Assembly (NCBI GenBank): GCA_003971905.1
Contig: RSEE01000013.1
Span: 310,001-374,000, forward strand
DNA: 64,000 nt
Reading direction: 5' to 3'
Origin: Moniliella sp. 'wahieum'
Taxonomy: Eukaryota
In this document: piece by piece, positions 40,668 to 51,151 of the stretch
How positions within the stretch are numbered: the first letter of the stretch is position 1
How the letters are laid out: each line of letters begins with the position of its first letter
Translations under genes and position numbers: made by a program
Notes under the pieces: generated by a model
What the model was told of the DNA's origin: nothing
The model's database searches: none
What the model saw: the letters and a program-made list of their open reading frames with translations, nothing else

Positions 40668-41809
40668 GGCGAGGAGCAGGTGATGGTGGGGGGAAAGCCG
40701 AGTGGAGCGCCGGCGCCGACTGGGAGATGGGCTGGTAAACACGTGTACCACACTCGGCTCCTGCCCCTGCGTGAAGGATGGTGGGGCACAGAGCAACACT
40801 GCCCCTCTGCCTGCATGACCATGGCCTGCCCCACCCATGATTTCAACATTTAAACACTGGAGAACCCTAGTGCAATCGCATCATGCATCAATCATCTGAT
40901 CATCCTTTCCCACACCAACACACATATTGCCACAAGCAATCCAAAGTCTTTTGCGTATAACGGGCAAGACAAGAGACAGATACTGCAACCAGGATTAGGT
41001 GGCCTTCTTCACTTAAAAAATGGATGTACGGAAGATGGTGAAGGGCATGCTAAGACCCATGGTCCTACTGTAAGTACTGGGGAGATTGCTGAAAGATTAT
41101 TGTCTTACCATCGTCTACGTCCTCAGCTATAGGATGAAGAGGTCCTTTTTCTAGTAATCCTGTGAGACCCAGTCCAGATTTTGATCCGATTCTTCCCTCT
41201 TCCTCCTGGACCACTAGGTAGACTTAAATGAATAAGGGGACATTCTGGATGGGTGTGGGCACTGCGATGGAGATTGCGCCGTGTCATGAGAAAAGCTCTC
41301 CCCCGACAAAGTCATTACCACACACACAAATTTGAGACAAGAATGCAATCGGCTCTTAGTATGAATGGACCAACTATATCTTGAAAAGTAGCCACTTCAA
41401 AAAGCTGGCCTACCATGCGAATGTTGATCCTGAGGATCAATGTACAATATGTTTGCCTTGTAATGAAACCGTTTGCTTCCATCCATCTTTTCAGCTCATT
41501 ATACCGTGTGTATACAATAAATACCTTCCGATACAACAGATAAACGGCTCTGTAACACACTTATGGTATGTCAAGGTTCCGGAGGGCCATGATAGCGAAG
41601 GTGCAACATATGGCATTCCACTCTCCATTCGGGGTGGCATGCTTAATGGTGACGACACGGGCGGGTGTAAAAAATTAATATTTTGCTTAGATGACCACAT
41701 CTCCCTTTTGAATCCATATCATTGACAGAACTTAAGGCTGGGACAGGGGGAACGCTACGTCTAACCGAACCGTTCTTCTTGCGGGAGTTACTTGGAAGCG
41801 CCACTAAGG

Positions 41810-42075
41810 TCAAGGAACCAGGGGGATCGCCAGGATATCAGGACCCTCCGGTTTCGCCATCCGGTCCCGTACCCTATGAAGCGCGTGGACACGGATGAAC
41901 GTGGTTGACATCCGAGCGAGGAACCATTTCCACTGAGACTTAGTAGCCAACTCCTTCCAATGCGCAAACAACTTGCCCGCCGTCTTGGTGCCGTAGTATC
42001 CTCGCGTCGTCAAAACCAGGGGGAAAACGGCTCTTGAGTGCGTCCCCTGGTAATCGCAGACCCCCTTTTTACTTG
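41810..42075 (-). mobile_element. 3' fragment of a non-LTR retrotransposon with restriction-like endonuclease (CRE/MoTeR-type)
   Basis: KK...Y....AVFPLVLTTRGYYG...KLFAHWKE.....WKWFLARMSTTFIRVHA resembles the RLE C-terminus; recognised from memory, not by search. Confidence 0.5.
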
Positions 42076-42094
42076 ACGTAAGCGCGAAGATTAT

Positions 42095-42315
42095 GTGGTA
42101 AGCGTGCCACCCGGCACGCTTGCCGGCGGAATGCGCAGCCCACCCCCCGCGCCCTCAGCCATGCACATGGGTGATAAAATTCCTCCAGCGTGGAATGGTG
42201 GCTACGATGGCGACGGGGGAACGGTGGACCGGTGGCTAAGGTGGCGACGGTGCACCAAGCACCAAGCTGGGGCGAAGCCCCAGCTGACCGGGCCGTAGGC
42301 CCGGTGGTCTTCTAG
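42095..42315 (+). mobile_element. Helitron-like 3' end (double hairpin + CTAG|T)
   Basis: AGCTGGGGC-GAA-GCCCCAGCT (42265-42285), ACCGGGCC-GTA-GGCCCGGT (42287-42305), then CTAG at 42312-42315 followed by T; homologous to 46492-46748. Confidence 0.72.
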
Positions 42316-42361
42316 TCACCCAAAAATGCGTAGAAATTGCTTCAGGAAGTTTTTGACATTG

Positions 42362-42490
42362 TGGCCACATGAGGTTAAGCGCTTTGGCCCAAGAGGTCAA
42401 GCGCTTTGGCCACATGCGCTCAACGGCTTTGGCCACATGCGCTCAACGGCTTTGGCCACATGCGCTCAAGCCCTTAGCCCAAATGTGCCC
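42362..42490. repeat. 22-23-bp minisatellite, ~5-6 units
   Basis: Near-perfect CTTTGGCCACATGCGCTCAACGG units with degenerate flanking copies. Confidence 0.85.
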
Positions 42491-44176
42491 AAACGCTTAG
42501 CTGTTGATTGGATGCGTGCTCGTAGGCTCTCCAACCGGCTGGCTGGCATCGATCCAGAGCTACTAGATTTATAGGCAGGGTAGGTATTTTTTAGGTATAG
42601 AATGCATTCGAAGATCTGACACGGCAACCACGGTTAGGTGTGACGTCAGACGGAAGCACCACAACGTAGTAGAGCAGCGAGCAGTTCAGAAAGTGGCAGG
42701 TTAGTGTGAGGGGAGTGCGCACTAGGGAGACGCTGGCCAAGTCAGCAGCAGCATAGGGTTAGCGAGAGACACAGAAAATGTGCGACGGACTCACAGGTCA
42801 GGCGATCAAGACGGCCAGTAGCGAGGGCAAGCGGGATGAAGTCGGAATGTACACGGTAGGGCGAACAAGGTTAGGAACAGCGTTGGCATATAACAGAGAA
42901 GGGACGTACGACGGCGAAACAGGTCAGATGAGTCGAGGCGAACAAGACGAGACGAACCAACCGTGGGATTCCGTGCATGCAGCAGCTGGGTAGACAGTGT
43001 CAGTGGGCAGGACAACTCCAAGCGCGAAGTACGGGGGACGTACGATGGCAAGGCAGACCAGCCAAGCGAGAGAACCTCAGGCGAGGCAAAATGGAACCAG
43101 ACGGACAAGGCCGAAGGTGAGCGAAACGGTGCATGCACGTGATGCATGCGACCCACCAGGTCAGCAGAAGTGTGGGGAATGCGGAGGAAGCGGGCACGTA
43201 CGATGGCGCTGCGGATCAGGTGAAACGAGGGCAAGATGGCCCGCGAGGGGGAGTCTGTGTAGGCGGGGTCAGCAACAGAGCGCTGGTGGGCAAGAGAACA
43301 CATACGACAAAAGCAATGCAGGCAGTGAGAGGGGGTCGGGGCGAGAGGCAGAGGGGGCGTTCAACAGCGATACTGACGAGGCGAGGAGGACGGAGTGTGT
43401 CGGGAGAGGAATGGAGACGTACGGCAGCAATGCAGACCAGGCGAAGAGAACCGAGCGATGGGGCGCGGGACTAGCAAAAGGCGGTCAGTAAGCAGTGCAG
43501 GCAGCAACGATGGTGATGTTGATGTCCAGGGGAAGAAGATGGTGCTGTTGCGCCGTGGCACAGAGCACTCTGCGTTGTGCTGGCTGCAGAGATGGGATAC
43601 TGGTTGCTATGGGCGCAATGAGAGGGGCGGTGGTGAGGAGACAGGATGCAACCACAGAGGCAGGAGGTTAAAAGGAGGCGCGTGTGGCGCAGCCAATCTG
43701 TGCGCACAGGCCAATCTGGGCCACGCCAGGGGCCTAGGCAATCCTGGGCCACACCGGGGGTCTATAGGTAAGCTATTATATCTGTCATCTAACGCCTCAA
43801 CACTAGCGGCCCCCTGCAGCAGTGTTCGAGGGTCTAATCATCTCAATCAACTGAGCGCCATTTTGACTTTGCCTATTTGCGACTTGCTGTAGTACTAGTT
43901 GTCTGTTGCGACGGTGACTGGCTTCACCGAACGCGGCGCACTTGCGGCCTCTCTAGCCCCGAGACTCCAAGGGCTTCCCGAAGATTGCTGATGCGCGCGT
44001 ACGTCAACGACTAGTAGCCTTGTCCAGTAGCCCTCGTCCTGCTTCCTACCACCAACGCCTATCTCTCGCCCGCAATCGATCGCCTACGCTATTGTCCCAA
44101 ACGCTTCAGCATCCATTGCGGTCTCCATAGCCGGGTGAATCGCTATACAGGTCACGATTATCCTCACTTGAGCTAT

Positions 44177-44199
44177 ACTAGTGACTAGTGACTAGTGAC
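44177..44199. repeat. (ACTAGTG)x3 heptamer array
   Basis: actagtgactagtgactagtgac. Confidence 0.9.
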
Positions 44200-44249
44200 C
44201 TACGGTGTTACATCAAAAGTCAAGGCGATAGCCCCTGGTCGAGGTCAAG

Positions 44250-46200
44250 GAGCTCCGATGTTGTAACCATTCCATTTAGCTTTTGTGTTGGCTTTGTCCA
44301 TGATCTCCGCAGCCCTAAGGTATATAGCCTCTGTTGCTCTTTCATGCACCCTTGTATTAGGCGTGTCGTTGGCTGGCGTATTCGACCACCACACTGCCAA
44401 CACTATAGTGCTACCGCATCACCCATCAGGGTGGCCATCTGGACTGCGCCACTCTCATCTTCAGATAGGGGATCACGCGTCACGAATGTAATACACCTTG
44501 GAAGAGCATGAAAGAAGCGGGAGAGCGTGCGTCTCTGGGAGAGGGGGCAAGTTTTAAGGTTAGAGGGGGCCGCGATCGTCTGCCGGACCTGTGACAAAAA
44601 AAGCACCCACCAATGCATATCATATGTACAACCCATCTCATCTCGCCCATCCTTTTACCAAGTCGCCACCGCCATGTTTCGACGTCGGCTCACCAAAATG
44701 CCGACCGATGGAACGAGCCGCACGCGTGCACTATAGGACAGACGCATCTGCTGTACCTTTTCCCGCGGCCTGGTCCACGGTGAAGCGGGACGAGAGGTTG
44801 CTGTACCAGTTCCCTGCTTGCCCAGTTCGACCGATGTCCGGTTTCATGCACTCAAGCACACGAAGATGCGCAGGTACAGCCACAACGCGAGGATGGGGGC
44901 CAGTCACGCCATTGATGAGGTGGCCGAAGAGGCGAGCATGCCCCAGCCACATCTGACGCATGCTCGCCTTCCCCTGCTTCCCGTGCCTCCTCGCCTGTAG
45001 ATACTACCATTTCCGAGGACGAGTTATGCCAGACGTAGCCCAGTGTTTCCTTTGGACCACCTTCAAGAGCCCACGGGCGTGTCCTTTGCCGCCCGCGGGC
45101 GCATGACAACCCCTCGGCGCCCCGAATGAGCGTGTCGAGCAAATCCGCAACCAAGAGACTGATATTCATCAGCGATCTCAACACGGAGGGTATCCCTGGC
45201 GCAGAGGGCACCAATATCCGAGCTAGGGGTTTGTTGGCTAACCTAAAGACTGGGGTTGGGAAGGATGTGCGCACTATGCTTGTGGCTCTCTCCCATTTGC
45301 GGCACTCCCCATCCTCGAGACCGGAAAAGAGGCCAACGATGAGAAGGAGTTCACGTTTCCGATTCCGGTTTATGACGCTATCGTCGCGGCAGCCAACCTG
45401 CATGGTTTGCTCTTTCCAGGACATGGTACCCCCGGCTGCCGGGCAGGCCAGGGCGCAGTTCATGGTAATACGTTCCCACAGCCTTGATTGATATACGGGT
45501 TTAGACGCTGACATGCCTGTTATGGCTGGAACCGTACCGGGCGACCCAGACTGCATATCGATTTGTCGAATGCCTTTCGAGACTCGGCCCCGACAGCGCC
45601 ATGATCGCGACGCGACCGAAGCTCCATCTCCTCCTGGCGCATACGTCTGATGTGCTCGAATTGTTCGGCCCTCTCCAGAACACGGACGCTGCCAGATTCG
45701 AGGGTCGCGTGAAGCACATCTGTGCGTCCGTTGCCCATTGCAACTTCTACAAGCTCCCGGGTGACACCTTTTCGTACAACGTCATGATCGCCGAGAATTC
45801 TGCACCACTCTTCACCGGGGTACGATGTGTCTAGTGATGGCTCGGTGGTGGCTCGGCCTGGGGCTCCTCCCGGGGTGCTGGAGCAAGGGAAGGAAGAGCC
45901 CACTACGACTCTGATGGCATCGATATTCCACGAGTAGTCCTGGCCCCAGCCAATAACAGGATTGCAACGAACGGTGCCATGCACCTGTGGGACAAGCGCG
46001 CCAAGAAGAAGACACCTGCCGTGGCCGCTGTCGGAGGAGGGGGCAACAGCGACGACTCTTCGGACAGTGATAATGATTGATGCGAGAACCAAATGGACAT
46101 GCATTTTCGCGATGAGGATGAGTATAGATTTGGTGGCAGTCGTCAGTCATCAGTAGCCAGGCCATAGGGTGGTGCGCATCCCGGACCCATCCCGGAACCT
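44250..46200 (+). pseudogene. Decayed basidiomycete CACTA/EnSpm-like (CMC) transposase
   Basis: Collinear remnants: GVFDHHTANTIVL, IGDH, IVCRTCD, DLNTEGIP...IRARGLLANLKTGVGKDVRT, RPKLHLLLAH...LELFGPLQNTDAARFEG; many stops; recognised from memory. Confidence 0.55.
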
Positions 46201-46491
46201 CTCGAGACGTGAGATGGGGCGATGGGCGGCGCTTTGATATGCTGCGCATGCGCACTTAAGCTTCTTTTGCCGGCGAACGAGCCAGGTGACGGATGACTGT
46301 CATGCGTCCCATGCGCAGGGGCATGGCCGAAGCGAAGGGGCGGTTATGGAGTAAGAGGCCAGACGGTGAGGCGTGGGTTGCAGCCCCAAATGACTGTCGC
46401 AACAAGCGTCGGGTCTCTGCCACCTGCCTCTTCAGCCCCACTCCGCTTATCCAGCCCATCTACCCATCTTCCAATCCCGCCATTACCCATA

Positions 46492-46748
46492 CAAGGAGGA
46501 CCACCGGGCCTACGGCCCGATCAGCTGGGGCTTCGCCCCAGCTAACCTTAGCCACCGTTCCACGGTCGCCACCTTAGCCACCGTTCTCCCGGTCCACTGT
46601 TCCCCGCTGGAACCCTTCCACGCTGGAGAGGGCAAATAATATCACCGATTCGTGCTGGCTGCGGATGCCGTGGAACGTGGCACCGGTCGGCACGTGCCTA
46701 TGACGAAACAGATGGCACGGCGTTTCGTCCCTTAATATAATCTAGGGA
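46492..46748 (-). mobile_element. Putative complete non-autonomous mini-Helitron (257 bp)
   Basis: Minus strand reads A|TCCCTAGATTATATTAAG... and ends with the same two hairpins and CTTG|T; A/T target, no TSD. Confidence 0.68.
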
Positions 46749-47938
46749 TTTTAATGTTTCACCCCGCCCGTGGATTTACATATACCGCGCCTGTCTCCCT
46801 TCCTTTGTGTGCTGAAGAAGTAGGACCCCCGCCGCCGTTCCTCTCATGTTTTGTGCTCCAACGTTTTCCGTTGATGATGGGCCTAGAACCATTTCACTAT
46901 GTGAAGACCTCCACGGTCAACAAAAGTGGTGATGCGATTTATCACTGAAGTACGCAACGCCATCCGCCTGGTAAAAGGTACTAAGCATAACCTTATGTGG
47001 TTGCAATTCCTACTCTGAGGGTCCCCGCCCTTGTGGTCTGAAATGGAACGCTCTAGTTACACTACAAGTTCGCTCAAGCTTGCTTGCATTGATTGCTCTC
47101 TGCCCGCTTCGGCTGGTGGGATAGGGGTTGTCTGCGTGTGCAGCGGTTCGTCGCCAGTGCGACCACGACCATACTGCGCCAGCGCCGCCAGGGGAAGCTG
47201 GCACTGTGGCCATGTGACATATATGGAACTAGGCACTACGGCTGTGTGGGAAGAGGAAGGCGCGCTCCTGAGCAGGGAAAGACTGTGTTTTGAACTGTTG
47301 AGGACAAGTAGAGGTGTGGGAGCGCAGCTTGCGGATACGGCAGCTGCCATGACTCCATGGGCTCTGGGGCAATCTGGAGTATGCATTGCTCTGCGCCTGC
47401 GCGCACCCCTTTCCCTTCCCTTGCGCTCGGTGGGCGATGCCATTCTCGCTACCACCACTCCCCTCTTCCCGTCGCTCTCTAGTATACTAATCCTCCTCCC
47501 CCCATGTTCGTCTTCGCCGTCGGTGAGCGTGGCCAGCCCCGTCAGGACTTTGAACCTTTTTTGAGCCTCAGGCTACTGCCGTCACCACAGCTCCCTCCTC
47601 AGGTAGGAACGTTCACTAACTAACCTTATTATTACCCTTACAGACCTGCACTCTCATCAAACAAGCAGCGGGAGAAAATTAGTATCCTCCTCCTTTCAGA
47701 AAAAGTCGGCGGCCATCGTGATAATGACTCGTGCAGCCGAGATCCTATACTGGATTGATCATGATGCCGATAAACAGAGACGCATCAGGCCACACCTCTT
47801 CAACCTACGATGGAGTGCGTTGAGATCGAGACTAATACGACGGAAGTCAGAACAGGGGACAAGGCCTGGCACTTGCGGGCGGATAGGTGATATGCTTGTT
47901 TTGTAGATTCCCCTTCCTTCTGTTGATGCCTGTTCTGA

Positions 47939-48450
47939 TGTTACGATATATAAGCAGCCCGGTCTGAGGCTTGCTGGCGGTGATCCTCACGCCCAACCTT
48001 CCCCCACGTCAACCCCCGTCATATACTCCCGACTTCCCTCTTCACTCTTCACCTTTATACGCTTACGAATTTACGACTTACGTCGAGCACTCTGCAAGTC
48101 GCGGTTACTATCAGTAGCACTTGCTCTTCTTTAGGACTCTGTCTGTTCCCGCCAACTATAGCGTACCAAGTGTGGTAACGCCGCGAGGAACGGAGTAACT
48201 CCGGAGATCCTGGACCCCTTCAATTGTCTTACGACTTGCGAACACGGCTCCTACCTCGGAGGGTCTGAGCTGCGGCCTTTGCACGCAGGCAGCCACCCAA
48301 ACTAGAGGGTCTCTCCCTTGCCTCTAAACCCGCGCTCGGTTCAACCAGATCTGAAGCAGGACCTAACGTACGTAACTCTAATGCCATGTCCAAGGGCTTT
48401 CTCCCCTAAATTCCGCGGTCGAGCTCCGTCTCGGGGCTCGCCCCATGACA
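47939..48450 (+). mobile_element. LTR remnant (related to 1161-1568 and 56163-57010)
   Basis: TATATAA near the left end, ends CCCCATGACA, block homology to the reverse complement of 1161-1568; left boundary uncertain. Confidence 0.7.
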
Positions 48451-49556
48451 GAATTAGAATTAGTGACTACTGAATCTCAATGGAGATGTATGCATACTGT
48501 ATGGTTCTTCACCGGTGAAGGCTCGGATGTTTACCATGTTCATCCGTATCTTCCGCCGGCACGCCCTCCCCCTGCCCAGATGCTAGCCCACTCCATCGTG
48601 CTCCCTCTCTTTCCTCGTCGTCGAGCACCTTGCGTTCTACCCTCGATCTTGACGGCACCAACAGACGGCATGCTCCCCGGTCGGCTTCCTACTCCCCACA
48701 GCTCACCCGCCTAGTATGCGCCCAGCATCGTCTCCCCCTTTTCCACCGCCTCTCTGGGATGGAGGGAATCGTTCACCCTTGAGCGTCGTTTCAGCGCCTC
48801 TTCCTGGCTAGGGCTTGGCGGAGGGTATGGTCTGCAGGAGAGCAAGCTTGGACCCGAATCTGCTAGGCCGCTCAACATGCCCTCACTACTACATGTAAAA
48901 GGCGAAGGCGCTAGCCAACCCGCCTCTTTGTGGAGTCGGGCCATCGACCTCTTTGCCGAGGCGGCTCGGTCACAGCGCGCGTCCGCGCCCTGGGCTCCGG
49001 AAGCGAACGGCTCTGCTACCGACCGTGCCCCACGCGGACGCGGACGCACTCCGTCCAATAGTTTCCGCATCCGCTGTCCCAGTCAGCGAGGAGAACGCTT
49101 CTTAATGGGCCAACTGGATATGCACTGATGATTCGTTCTTTTCCACTCCCCCTTTTTTCCCCTCACTCTGCACCCATCTCTCCACCAACATGACCCAGCT
49201 TTTGTCCCCTTCTCTTTTGTTCCGACCCCATCTTGGTTCGGGCTTTGTTCGTTCCCCGGGCCCGCCTCACCTCTATCCTACGCCGGGCTCCGACCCCTTA
49301 CACTTATATTAACCCACAACGAAATAATGTACTCTCCTGATTTCGTTTGTGAGATGCGAAATTGAACCGCTCAGCGGCTTAGCGCCATGGCTACCTGCCC
49401 GGTGCCGTGGCTTCGAAATGCACCCTTTCACAATTGCACCCCTCACCAGCATATCTATGGTTCGGCGCATTCCGCGCTTCGTTGCACGATCGGCAGCTAG
49501 CTAGGTAGAAGCGATTAGTACTACATGGGATGTAGACAGAGCCAGTGGGGTAAGCC

Positions 49557-50614
49557 TTACGGCGCCTGAGCTTCTCGCCGCGCAAAGATCCGCGCCCGCT
49601 CGCCTTCCAACTAACGACGTGGTCCGAGTTAGCTTGGCCCAGCAGACGAGAAAACAAAAAGGGGGGAGTACGTACCACCTTGATCACCCATCACCCGGTT
49701 CCATGAGGTAGCAGCGGCCTTGGCGTCGGTCAGGGATTTGTCCTTGGGCAGGGCGACCTGGTCTCCCGAGGCGGCACCTACAACGGCGCGGCCATCGAGG
49801 GCGGCATGGAGTTGGTCCGGCGAGTACCCAGGGACCAAGGTAGATCCCTGGTCGTACTGCGGCCCATGCACCACCACCTGATCCAGGACAATAATGTGGG
49901 TCGTGTACCAGCGCACTGGCAACGTTTTGTCCAGCGCATCAAACACGGCCTGGCCCAACCAGCCTCTCCTGCCCGATGCGGGGAGCGTTGGCATGCACCT
50001 GAGCCAGCGCCGTGGTCTTACGCGCCTCGCCCTGGGCTGCACTCTGTACACTCGCCTCCACCTCGCTCGCCGTTGTAGGACCCACACTGCCCGAAGCAAC
50101 GGCGGAAATAAAAGTAAGCGGCACCAGACGGAAACTGCTGCGCGCGACCGCAGCGTCGGCCTTGCGCTGGGCCGGGTGGTGTAGCCCGCCGCATAGGGCG
50201 TACCCGACAAGTCCTCCGTGCCCAACCCGGCCACCTCCAGCACGGCCACCTGACTCGTCCATCATACGTCCACAAAAGACCTTCCGCCGTGCTGTCGTCC
50301 TTGAGCGTCAATCGGACCCGTGTACCCTGCAGCGCGGGCAGGCCCAGGTCGGCAGCAGCCTCGGATGCTGGCGCTGCCACAGCCGGCGCAGCCGACGCAG
50401 CCGGTGCCTGTGAGGCAGAGGGCGCAGGCGCGGGCGCGGGCTGACGAGGGGGTGGAGAGCGGGCGGAGGAAGCCGGGGAGCGGGTCGAGGCGGGCGAGGA
50501 GCGGGCGGGAGCTGCGGAGGCGGCAGCGGGGCCGCGGGCAAAAGGTCGACCGGAACGAGAGGCCCAGGCGTTGGTCGGGGGGGCGGGCGCAGGAACGTCG
50601 GTGTTGGCAGCCAT
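49557..50614 (-). CDS. LSM12: Lsm12-like protein (Sm-like N-terminal domain + anticodon-binding domain)
   Basis: GTRVRLTLKD...EGLLWTYD, FRLVPLTFI, GQAVFDALDKTLPVRWYTTHIIVLDQVVVHGPQY, WNRV / intron 49611-49675 / LEGERARI. Confidence 0.82.
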
Positions 50615-51151
50615 GAGCGCGGGCAGAGCGTCGGAGCAGAACCAAAAGGGAGGGCCACGGAGCGCCAAGGCAGGCGGGAGGTGGTGGGGGCGGCAGACGG
50701 AGCGTGGCGGCGGACTGGACGAGGCAGGGATCGATGGCCGTCTGAGCACCCCCGGAGCCACGAGCCACGCTGGTGCGTGATCACCCACCATCCCATCCCG
50801 CTTGGATGCATGATGGGTGCGTTCCGCCCTGGCGGAATGCGTCGGGCCTGGGAGACGGCCTTATTATAGGGGTAATCTCCCCGGCGCACCTGGTTTCGCT
50901 CAGGCACTCGAGTCATCGTTTTGAATGCTCGGCCTTGTTTGACGGTCAGACAGAGGCGACAGTGAACAGTCGAGGGAAGACGAGCAGACCCAAGTACTCC
51001 TAAGGTGCAAAGGCGGATTCGAGAGGAGACATGGCCAAGTAGGAAGGGAAAGGCAGGCTGGATTGCCACATTACTTAAGAGTACCGTGGTGGCGGAAGAT
51101 GCATAGTAAAATGTGTGTACCTCCCGCAATCAACAGCCCGTCGGTCGGTCG

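Noticed and set aside
42362..42490. Possible CRISPR array
   Set aside because: Contiguous tandem units without unique spacers, no cas genes, eukaryotic context.
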